Shown: positions 54,659 to 62,737 of the stretch, in pieces
Layout of the letters: the number at the start of each line of letters is the position of its first letter
Position numbering within the stretch: position 1 is the first letter of the stretch
NCBI GenBank assembly: GCA_900317715.1
Contig: ONHS01000002.1
Location: 20,183-84,182 of the forward strand
DNA from: an uncultured Bacteroidales bacterium
Lineage (GTDB): Bacteria > Bacteroidota > Bacteroidia > Bacteroidales > WCHB1-69
Length of the DNA: 64,000 nt
Reading direction: 5' to 3'
The notes under the pieces: model-generated
Database searches by the model: none
What the model was told of the DNA's origin: nothing
Seen by the model: only the letters and a program-made list of their open reading frames with translations
Made by a program: the position numbers and the translations under genes

Positions 54659-57600
54659 ATGAAATATCCTACAGTTTCAGAATATATAGAATCTCTTCGT
54701 GTTGCAAATGATAATCTTGCAACTTTGACGTCTTTGGAGCTTGTTCTTGGTACTGATGGAAATCCAACTTATTCGAAAGAAAACCATGGTGTTGTCTTTC
54801 GGATGAAAGATAGGGATACCGATTTAGAGTATAATGTAAAATGTTTTACTGATGAACAAGAAGGCAGAGAAACATTGTATGAGCAAATTAATAATAGTCA
54901 AGGTGTATGGTTCCCTGATGGAGTTAAATATTATGCTAACGAGCTATTTGTAGATACTGCGATTTCGGATGCTAATGAATTTCCAGTAGTTGTTATTCCT
55001 TGTTGCAAAACGACAAACCTTATTTCTTTTATCAACACAAACATTGCAAATTGCTCGCTTATCTCAAAACTTGCAGATAGTTTTAGTTGTGTTGTAGAAT
55101 GGGTTAAAGAAAAGGGTTGCTTTTGGCATGAACTAAATGTCGATTCACTTTATGTGAACGACACTGGTCATATTGTTGTTTCGGATATTGACGGACACAT
55201 TGAAACAACTAATTCTACCAAGAAAAACGATGATTTGAACGCATACCTAATTCTTCTATCGCTAAAAGCACTGTATAGGGATTCAAGTTTGTTCAATGCA
55301 AAAGACGTCAAGCCGTATATTCTCTTCGATGGGGATAATTTCACCGAGCTTCCTGCAAATGAGATTATTACAAGATTGTCGATATTAAATGATTCTGAGA
55401 TTTCATCCATAATTAGTGATGTTTTCGTAAAAATTGGACATGGCAATTCTAATGAAACGCGAAACGACTTGCAGCAATCCGAGATTTATGAAGACGGCCT
55501 AAAAATGATGGCGGAAAAGGGAAATGTTACAATGCAATTGCAGCTGGCGCGGAAATGTTGGGATAATGAAATGTATGAAGAATCATTTAAATGGTATAAA
55601 CAAGCAGCATCTCAAGAGGATGCAGATGGTTTATATGGCTTAGGATTGTGTTATCGTAATGGTTTTGGAATAGAAAAGGATTTGACAAAATCATTTCATT
55701 GTTTTCTTAATGCTTCTGAGTTGGGATTGTTGGATGCTCAATATGAACTTGCTGAAGCATATTATTTCGGATGGGGAGTTCGCAAGGATAAGACAAAGGC
55801 AATGGATTTGTATTTCAAAGCTGCTCAAAGGGGGCATGCTATGTCAGAATTTATGATTGGTCATTATCTTATGTTCAATCGTGGAGAGATTGACAGCTCT
55901 TTTGCCATTACAAGTAAACGTGATACAGTGAAGGCATTTGAATGGTTTTTGAAATCCGCTAAACAAGGTTATCATCCTGCACAACGAAGGATAGGTGCAT
56001 TCTATGAAACCGGCACAGACCCTTGTGTAAGAAATATTAGCAAAGCTATGGAGTGGTATCAAAAGGCAGCTGCCCAAGGTAATGATAAAGCCTTGTTTGC
56101 AATAGGAAGATTGTATGCCAATGGTCTTGATGAAAGAAATCCTGATAACAAGAAAGCTTATGAGTATTATTTGCAAGCGGCAAATAAAGGTCTTCGTGAT
56201 GCTCAGTTTAGGGTAGGTGTTGCATTGTTATTTGGCAAGGGGATAGAAAAGGATAAAGATGCAGCTGTTGAGTGGATTCGAAAATCTGCTGACAAAGGTT
56301 ATGCGGCGGCAAAAAAGCTTATCATTGAAATTGAATATAGTGAAGAAGTCTCTGAAGAAACGGGAACCACAGGATTAGAAATAGTATCTGCTACTATTGA
56401 CGATTATGGTGTTCTTTATAGTCAAAACGGGAAAAAACTTTTGAAATATAGTATAGAAGAAGGATTCGATAGTGATGGAATATACGGTGGTTCAATAAGC
56501 ATGTTTGATGAAGAAAGCGAATTTGGAAGCATAAAACAACAAAGTTTAAATCAATATAAAGTAAAAGAAGGGACAGAGATAATCTGTGAGAATGCTTTTT
56601 ACGAATGTGAGTCGTTGGAAAGCATATCTTTACCTTCTACGCTACATGTAATTGGGGAGAGTGCTTTTTTCGGATGTGAAAATCTCTCTTGTGTAACATC
56701 ATATTCCACTCTTAAAAGAATAGGAGAACGAGCTTTTATGGATTGTCATAGTCTAAAGTCAATTGACACTTTAGATGGTGTTGAATCTATCGGGGAGGGT
56801 GCTTTTTCTGGTTGCTATAGTTTGCACAATCTCACTTTGCCAAGTACTTTACAGAAGATAACAGGAAGTACTTTACATGGAGTAAAAAGAATCTTATCCG
56901 AATCAAAAAAATTTTTGGTGGAAGACAATTGTTTGTTAAGTTCAGATAAAAAAACACTGATATATTTTATTCAAAACGAATTAAAGACCTTTGAGATTCC
57001 TAATGGTGTCGAAATCATCGGTTCTTCTGCATTTGAAGGAGCGAATGTTAATTATTTGAAAATCCCTGAAAGTGTCAAAATCATTGGAAATTCATCATTT
57101 TCTGGATGTGCATTAAGGGAAATCTTTTTGCCAGATTCAGTAATACAAATTGGTTATTCAGCTTTTTGTGGGTGCGAAAGTCTAACGAAGGTTCGTTTGC
57201 CGAACCGATTATCTTCTATTGACATACAAACTTTTGATTCGTGTTATAGACTAACAAACATTCATTTACCTAGTTCCATTAAAGAAATTAATCATTGGGC
57301 TTTTGCAAGGACAGGACTCTCTTCTTTTTGTTTTCCTATAAATGTTGAAAAAATTGGATGGGGATTGTTTGCAGGTACTCAAATTAAAAAAATAAATTCG
57401 GAATCAGAATCAATTATTGTTAGAGACATGGCTGTTTATAGCAATCTTGGAAAAACACTATCTCAATATTATGGAAATGAAAAAAAGTTTGTGATTCCAG
57501 AAGGGGTTGAAGAAATATCCAAATTAACTTTCACATCTTATATCAAAGAAATAATCTTTCCAAAGTCAATAAAAAAACTCTGTGATATGATATGGTACGA

Positions 57601-57715
57601 CGGTACTATTCCGGAGAAAATATATGTGCACAAAGAATTCAAAAAAGTCATTCTTGAATATTTACCAGAGTATTATTATAGTCATGTATTTGTAATTGAA
57701 GATGATAGTAATTGA
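54659..57715 (+). CDS. 1018-aa cytoplasmic multidomain protein: N-terminal protein-kinase-like (divergent) domain + about 7 Sel1 repeats + BspA-type leucine-rich repeats
   Basis: No signal peptide. aa 40-190: VVFRMKD..EYNVKCF (beta3 Lys-like), CFWHELNVDSLYVNDTGHIVVSDIDGH (catalytic / DFG-like loops, non-canonical). aa 290-560: Sel1 (AAQGNDKALFAIGRLYANG, ADKGYAAAKKLI). aa 620-1000: ICENAFYECESLESISLPSTLHVIGESAFFGCENL, repeated. Confidence 0.75.
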   Translation: MKYPTVSEYIESLRVANDNLATLTSLELVLGTDGNPTYSKENHGVVFRMKDRDTDLEYNVKCFTDEQEGRETLYEQINNSQGVWFPDGVKYYANELFVDTAISDANEFPVVVIPCCKTTNLISFINTNIANCSLISKLADSFSCVVEWVKEKGCFWHELNVDSLYVNDTGHIVVSDIDGHIETTNSTKKNDDLNAYLILLSLKALYRDSSLFNAKDVKPYILFDGDNFTELPANEIITRLSILNDSEISSIISDVFVKIGHGNSNETRNDLQQSEIYEDGLKMMAEKGNVTMQLQLARKCWDNEMYEESFKWYKQAASQEDADGLYGLGLCYRNGFGIEKDLTKSFHCFLNASELGLLDAQYELAEAYYFGWGVRKDKTKAMDLYFKAAQRGHAMSEFMIGHYLMFNRGEIDSSFAITSKRDTVKAFEWFLKSAKQGYHPAQRRIGAFYETGTDPCVRNISKAMEWYQKAAAQGNDKALFAIGRLYANGLDERNPDNKKAYEYYLQAANKGLRDAQFRVGVALLFGKGIEKDKDAAVEWIRKSADKGYAAAKKLIIEIEYSEEVSEETGTTGLEIVSATIDDYGVLYSQNGKKLLKYSIEEGFDSDGIYGGSISMFDEESEFGSIKQQSLNQYKVKEGTEIICENAFYECESLESISLPSTLHVIGESAFFGCENLSCVTSYSTLKRIGERAFMDCHSLKSIDTLDGVESIGEGAFSGCYSLHNLTLPSTLQKITGSTLHGVKRILSESKKFLVEDNCLLSSDKKTLIYFIQNELKTFEIPNGVEIIGSSAFEGANVNYLKIPESVKIIGNSSFSGCALREIFLPDSVIQIGYSAFCGCESLTKVRLPNRLSSIDIQTFDSCYRLTNIHLPSSIKEINHWAFARTGLSSFCFPINVEKIGWGLFAGTQIKKINSESESIIVRDMAVYSNLGKTLSQYYGNEKKFVIPEGVEEISKLTFTSYIKEIIFPKSIKKLCDMIWYDGTIPEKIYVHKEFKKVILEYLPEYYYSHVFVIEDDSN

Positions 57716-58403
57716 GTCAAAAAGAAAGAAACCAGAAACCCTGCTTGGGGAATATCCTAATGCGGTGTTTTGTGATGTGACGAGCAAATCACCATATCTT
57801 GAATTAAGGCAATTAAGTCCGTTTTATCCATGGGGAGGTATACCTGTTAGTTTTTCACCAGGAGTTGAAGCCTCTTGTGTAGAAGCAGTATGGCAAGGAT
57901 TGAAAGTGTTTGAAAACGCTGATGTTGATACGGAATTGTTTTTAAACAACACTATGAAAGGTCTAAAACGTTCGTCACGAGTTTATGGTAAAGTCTTGGG
58001 GCACAGGAAAGGTGTTGATGGTGAAATATTACTTAATTATCATGATGCTCGTAGAAAAATATACATTCCCACATATAAGTGGATGTTGGAACATAAAGCT
58101 TTTTATACCATTGAATATTTAAGGGCTTTTTGCCAAGAAAACCCCAACGTCACTCTCGTATTATTAGATTATCAGACAAATAGCAATATTGAGGATCTAA
58201 CCAAGCCTTTGTCTCACGCATTTTTGGTTAAATCATACGTAGAGGGATTGCCTCCGTATGATGATGTAGTGATAGAGAAAACGGTTCACCATGTGGTCGT
58301 TGGGCGACGTGTTCATGAATGGCAAACAAAAGAGTATTCATTTAAGAAGCTCCCAGTGGTTGACGACAATAACAAACAATTAGCAATTGATTTCGATGAA
58401 TAG
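57702..58403 (+). CDS. NADAR-like (YbiA/DUF1768-like) protein; candidate ADP-ribose-removing antidote
   Basis: LSPFYPWGGIPVSF..VEASCVEAVWQGLKVF, compared with my recollection of E. coli YbiA (FSNFAAWPIKVDGKTWPTSEHYFQAQKF). It overlaps the upstream gene by 14 nt and the downstream gene by 8 nt. Confidence 0.5.
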   Translation: MIVIESKRKKPETLLGEYPNAVFCDVTSKSPYLELRQLSPFYPWGGIPVSFSPGVEASCVEAVWQGLKVFENADVDTELFLNNTMKGLKRSSRVYGKVLGHRKGVDGEILLNYHDARRKIYIPTYKWMLEHKAFYTIEYLRAFCQENPNVTLVLLDYQTNSNIEDLTKPLSHAFLVKSYVEGLPPYDDVVIEKTVHHVVVGRRVHEWQTKEYSFKKLPVVDDNNKQLAIDFDE

Positions 58404-59805
58404 AAGGAAGGATTACAAAGAATTTAAGCAACTTCTTGAGAAGTATAATATTACAAAGTTTTATCACTTCACAGACCATGACAATGTTGATTCTATAATC
58501 AAGAATGGTGGATTGTTCTCTTATGGTGATTGTATTAAACGCGGAATTAGAATAAACAGGCCAGGTGGGTCGGCGTTGTCGCACGAACTGGATTATAAAG
58601 AAAATTTGCAAAATTATGTTAGGGTTAGTTTATGCAAGAAACATCCAATGATGTTTACAGCAATACAGGATGAACGAATCGTAAACCCTGTGATATTGGA
58701 AATTGACACAGATGTTCTTTTTATAGAGGGTAATATTTTTTCAGATAAGAATGCGGTTCGGAAAGATTCATGTAAGGGAAAGAGTTTCGCTGATTTTAGC
58801 AGAATACATTTCAATACAGTCAAACAAAGGAACCAATTTGAGGTTGATGATGACGAGCAAGACTATTATCAGGCAGAAATACTGGTACCACATCACATCT
58901 CGCTTAACTATATTTTGAATTTGACCGATTTCCAAACATTGGATTCTGAGAGAAAAGAGAGTTGTCTTAAGATACCTTATTCTTCAGCCATTACTCGGGA
59001 AAATCCAGCTGGTATTTTCTTCATACTTAATCAATCGTATCCCACAGAAGAAAAGATAGAGTATGGAGGTGAAAAGATGTCCAAGGCAAGAGTTGAAGGA
59101 GGCATTGTTGATAAAGTGATAAACGAACTTATTTTGAGTAATACAAGTAATGGCGTCCTCAATGATAAGTATAATATTTCTGTTATTGGATATGGTGACT
59201 ATGCGTATAGTTGCATTGAAAAAGGAAATGTTCATACTTTGAAAGAGCTCCAAGATAATCCATTGTTTGTTAGAACAATGTCCAAAAAAACTAAGACACG
59301 ACAAGGAACAAAAACAATCGAGATAAAACAACCAACATGGATAAAAACTAATAGTGATGGGGATGCAAAACTATATAAAGCCCTAAATAAAGCTCGAGAT
59401 ATAATTGAGAACTGGGCAGAGGAACATGAATCGTCATACCCACCTATTGTGATACACATCACAGAATACAGATACCATGGCGCGGATGATAGTGATATGA
59501 AGCAAATGGCAAACCAAATAAAGTCCATATTTACAAAAGATGGGAATGCCTTGTTTTTCAACATCATTCTCACGGAAAAGGAAGATGCTGTTTCCGTACT
59601 ATTTCCATATGACAATCAAGCAGTTTCAGACTCATATTATGGGACGATGTATTGTTTAATGTCCAGCATTTTGCCAAAATCATTTAATCAAAATGTCGCT
59701 TGTTTTAATGAGATTGAAGATGTTTTATGTCAAAGATATGGAATAGCCTTTAATGTTAAATTCAAGGACTTATTTGATACTATACTCTCTATTATACCAA
59801 AATGA
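58396..59805 (+). CDS. DarT-like (DUF4433) ADP-ribosyltransferase fused to a vWA-like domain with a degenerate MIDAS
   Basis: N-terminus: KFYHFTDHDNVDSIIKNGGL, LQNYVRVSLCKKHPMMF, PVILEIDTDVLFIEGNIFSDKNAV, DYYQAEILVPHHISLNYILNL. These are collinear with the DarT motifs IYHITH..NL..IL, DYVPFYF, FTD.N and KQAEFLV (catalytic Glu). C-terminus: IFFILNQSYP... YNISVIGYGD... GDAKLYKALNKARDII... PPIVIHITEY..., a TerY-type vWA layout with DxSxS -> NQSYP. Confidence 0.8.
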   Translation: MNRRKDYKEFKQLLEKYNITKFYHFTDHDNVDSIIKNGGLFSYGDCIKRGIRINRPGGSALSHELDYKENLQNYVRVSLCKKHPMMFTAIQDERIVNPVILEIDTDVLFIEGNIFSDKNAVRKDSCKGKSFADFSRIHFNTVKQRNQFEVDDDEQDYYQAEILVPHHISLNYILNLTDFQTLDSERKESCLKIPYSSAITRENPAGIFFILNQSYPTEEKIEYGGEKMSKARVEGGIVDKVINELILSNTSNGVLNDKYNISVIGYGDYAYSCIEKGNVHTLKELQDNPLFVRTMSKKTKTRQGTKTIEIKQPTWIKTNSDGDAKLYKALNKARDIIENWAEEHESSYPPIVIHITEYRYHGADDSDMKQMANQIKSIFTKDGNALFFNIILTEKEDAVSVLFPYDNQAVSDSYYGTMYCLMSSILPKSFNQNVACFNEIEDVLCQRYGIAFNVKFKDLFDTILSIIPK

Positions 59806-60142
59806 ACTGGTCTTGTAAGTATAAATATTCTCTTTTGATATTTACAGAACGACACCTGAAATCACCATTTCAGACAATTCGCGACAGGTGAACTTTTTAT
59901 GACAAGAATATTTTGCAACCAGCTGTCATTTAGTGAATTATATGATTGTTTGTGGTGATTTTAGTGAACCAATCAGTCCAAACAAACATACAATCAGCAA
60001 GGCATCGCTAGGTTTTTCAACGGCGACGAGACGCTGGAGAGACAAACACCCCCCTCTTTGCAAGCCTTGCAACCCCTCCCTCATCACCCGAAATATCGTA
60101 TTTTTGCGCCGGTTAATAATTGTAAGTAAGAGTGCTCATATT

Positions 60143-60295
60143 ATGAATGATACACTACCAAAAGAAGTCCATCATCAGAAGGCGTTGTTCAGCCGGGACC
60201 TGCCTTTTAAGCCTCAATATGGCATGATGCTGTATGTCGAGGCGGGCGCGAATGAAGAGATCGACGGGTACTTTCACAAGAATATGATTGGGTAG
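60143..60295 (+). CDS. Possible small ORF (50 aa) behind a -7 box
   Basis: TATTTTTG box at 60099-60106, 37 nt upstream of the ATG. MNDTLPKEVHHQKALFSRDL.. No family recognised. Confidence 0.25.
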   Translation: MNDTLPKEVHHQKALFSRDLPFKPQYGMMLYVEAGANEEIDGYFHKNMIG

Positions 60296-60400
60296 CGTTC
60301 GGGGCACGAAAGCGATGGAGGAAGCGGAGGCGCTGGGGAGGGCGATAGCACAATAATTTTCATCTCATCCCGTTTACCTTTCGTTTTGAAACCCTTTTCA

Positions 60401-60754
60401 ATGAACAATACTCTACGTGTTATACTGAAGGTCCTGATGGTCATCACCTGGGTTTTGATGATGGGGTGGTATATATCCCTTCTCCTCACCCTCCTGCAGG
60501 CATATCGCATGTACGGGAATATGCCCATTGGTGAAGTTCCATACTTTTCTCTGCCCATGTTCGATTTTTGTTTTGTGTTTGGATTTTTCAATTTTCTGGT
60601 GATGATATTCATGGGATTTCCTTTGAATCTTTGGAATATGGTCAATGAATTCAAGTTCAAGAAGTTCAGTACCCTTATGATTTCGGCCTGTTACATTTTC
60701 CTTGCCGTGGTATTCGTTATCATTTGGTTTTACCTTTGGTCATATATCGACTGA
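60401..60754 (+). CDS. Small 3-4-TM membrane protein upstream of vanW-like
   Basis: MNNTLRVILKVLMVITWVLMMGW... An alternative TTG start lies at 60386. Confidence 0.5.
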   Translation: MNNTLRVILKVLMVITWVLMMGWYISLLLTLLQAYRMYGNMPIGEVPYFSLPMFDFCFVFGFFNFLVMIFMGFPLNLWNMVNEFKFKKFSTLMISACYIFLAVVFVIIWFYLWSYID

Positions 60755-60779
60755 TCTCATCTTGTTTTTCACCCCAACA

Positions 60780-61595
60780 ATGAAACGGAAACTGTTTTGT
60801 GAAATATCACCTTTTACCTATCGTCTTTCGACGGAGAAGGAAATCCTGAAGCGGCATCTGAAGGATTTGTCCCAGAAGACCCTCTTTGCCAAAGAAAGAT
60901 CAACAACAGCATTGCCTGAGCTTGTTTGGCAGCACAATTCCCTTATCCGTCGTCGGTTAGGCAATGTCAATATGCAATTGCAGGAGAACAAGGCCACCAA
61001 TTTGGCTTTGGCCGTGAAACACATTGACAGACTGCTGATTCGTCCCGGCGAGACCTTCTCGGTCTGGAAGTGCATCGGCCGAACCACTAAGCGGAAGGGC
61101 TACAAAGAGGGGCTTACCATCGCGAAAGGGCAGCCGGCGCAAGGAATTGGCGGCGGGATGTGCCAATTGTCGAACCTGATACACTGGATGGTTCTGCATA
61201 GCGAGCTGACCATCACGGAGCACCATCACCACGACGGGTTGGACCTTTTCCCCGATTTCGGCCGGCAAATTCCGTTCGGCACAGGCACCAGCATCTCGTA
61301 CAACTACCTCGATTACCGGGTGAGGAACGACTCGGACAACACCTACCAACTACGGTTATGGGTGGATGAGGAATATCTCTGTGGCGAACTCCGCGCGGCA
61401 GAACCCCAACCCCACACCTTCCATATCCATATCGAGAATGAACGCTTTACCCGTGAAGACGGGGTCGTCTATCGCAACGGCGAGGTCTATCGGGACATCC
61501 TCGATCCCGCCACGGGTCGCTGTCTCGACAGCCAACTCATCCGCACCAACCACGCCAAGGTTATGTACGAATGTCCGGAGGAACTAATCGAATAA
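60780..61595 (+). CDS. VanW-family protein
   Basis: Start at MKRKLFCEISPFTY. PGETFSVWKCIGRTTKRKGY, QGIGGGMCQLSNLIHW, GTGTSISYNYLDYRVRN. Confidence 0.85.
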   Translation: MKRKLFCEISPFTYRLSTEKEILKRHLKDLSQKTLFAKERSTTALPELVWQHNSLIRRRLGNVNMQLQENKATNLALAVKHIDRLLIRPGETFSVWKCIGRTTKRKGYKEGLTIAKGQPAQGIGGGMCQLSNLIHWMVLHSELTITEHHHHDGLDLFPDFGRQIPFGTGTSISYNYLDYRVRNDSDNTYQLRLWVDEEYLCGELRAAEPQPHTFHIHIENERFTREDGVVYRNGEVYRDILDPATGRCLDSQLIRTNHAKVMYECPEELIE

Positions 61596-61666
61596 CTTGC
61601 CAACCTGTTTCTTCTGCTAAAAGCCAAAAGCCAACGGCTAACGGCCAATGTCTAATACCAAACCAA

Positions 61667-61778
61667 ACAATAATTTTCACCCTATCTCGTTTACCTTTAG
61701 TCTGAAACTTATTTTTAACGAACATTACCGCAGTATTAATTATCATTTGGATCTACTTTGGATCGTATATCTATTGAT
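61667..61778 (+). pseudogene. Internally deleted remnant duplicating the leader, 5' end and 3' end of the 60350-60755 membrane-protein cassette
   Basis: ACAATAATTTTCACCCTATCTCGTTTACCTTTAGTCTGAAAC.. parallels 60350-60412. GTATTAATTATCATTTGGATCTACTTTGGATCGTATATCTATTGAT parallels 60706-60755. Both start codons are lost. Confidence 0.65.
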
Positions 61779-61919
61779 TGGCTGGTTTCTTTATTTAACG
61801 AACGGACAAAGACATATAACCGGCAAATATGTTGCACGCAAACAACACTTTTTTCAAATAATGTTGTTTGTGCGCAACATTTTTATTATTTTTGCAGTCT
61901 GATTTAAAAGCGGAAACGT

Positions 61920-62222
61920 ATGAGCACCGAAATGATGAAAAAGGTTATTGCCGACTACTTTGAGACGCAGCCCGTCTTGAAGGCTTGGCTTTTCGGTTCC
62001 TTCGCCCGTGGCGAGGAGACCCCGAGAAGCGATGTGGATATCCTTTTCGTGCCCGACCGCTCTGGCAAACCCTTCACGCTCTTCACGCATGGCGGCATGC
62101 TGATGGATTTGCAGGAGTTGCTCGGACGCGAGGTCGATTTGGTAGAAGAAGGATCGCTCCGTCCGTATGCCGCTGAAACAGCTAACCGTGATAAAATACT
62201 GATTTATGAGAGAAAGAGCTAG
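61920..62222 (+). CDS. MNT-type nucleotidyltransferase (antitoxin of the HepT/MNT type VII TA pair)
   Basis: WLFGSFARGEETPRSDVDILF (GSxxRGxxxxxSDxD). Confidence 0.85.
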   Translation: MSTEMMKKVIADYFETQPVLKAWLFGSFARGEETPRSDVDILFVPDRSGKPFTLFTHGGMLMDLQELLGREVDLVEEGSLRPYAAETANRDKILIYERKS

Positions 62223-62703
62223 AGACAAAGGGCGTTTGGAGGATATCATTGAATATTCCGACAATGTCACGAAGTTCATCAGTGGCCACACTTTTGAGAC
62301 ATTTGTTGCCGACAAGCTTACATACTATTCCGTGATGAAGAATGTGGAAGTAGTGGGCGAAGCAGCCTATATGTTGAGCAAAGCATTTAAAAAGGCACAT
62401 TCTAAGACACCTTGGAAGACAGTTCAGGGTATGCGCCACGTCTTAGTTCACGACTATGCCAATGTTGTTGCAGCAACACTCTACGACACCGCCGTCAACG
62501 GTATCCCCGAATTACGCGAACAGGTGGAGAAGTACCTCGCAGAAACAGACTGGGAGGCATGGGCTTCCGCTCCTGACGATTTTGAAGACTCCGTTGATGA
62601 AAGTGTTGCGAAAGTCGCCCGCAACATGAAAGCCAAAGGTTATGCCGTTGGCGATATTGCCGAGATTACGGGGTTGACGGAGGAGGAGATAAGGGGATTG
62701 TAG
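62206..62703 (+). CDS. HepT-like (DUF86) toxin with a C-terminal extension of about 50 aa
   Basis: Rx4HxY motif in QGMRHVLVHDYANV. Overlaps the MNT gene by 17 nt. The tail ends AKGYAVGDIAEITGLTEEEIRGL. Confidence 0.8.
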   Translation: MRERARDKGRLEDIIEYSDNVTKFISGHTFETFVADKLTYYSVMKNVEVVGEAAYMLSKAFKKAHSKTPWKTVQGMRHVLVHDYANVVAATLYDTAVNGIPELREQVEKYLAETDWEAWASAPDDFEDSVDESVAKVARNMKAKGYAVGDIAEITGLTEEEIRGL

Positions 62704-62737
62704 AAATACGGCAAATGTTGTATTGTTGTACATTATA

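Noticed and set aside
52800-59810. Integrative element boundaries (att repeats, integrase, tRNA target) for the AT-rich block.
   Set aside because: I found no integrase or recombinase gene, no flanking direct repeats and no adjacent tRNA. The compositional shift is real, but the mechanism of acquisition cannot be stated.
59933-60142. The upstream part of the 120-aa ORF 59933-60295.
   Set aside because: It spans a -7 promoter box (60099-60106) and has no motifs. Only the last 50 codons, after the promoter, are kept as a low-confidence small ORF.
60274-60660. A 128-aa minus-strand ORF overlapping the small membrane-protein gene.
   Set aside because: It is antisense to a hydrophobic-protein ORF that has a conserved (duplicated) leader. 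It has no promoter box or motif of its own.
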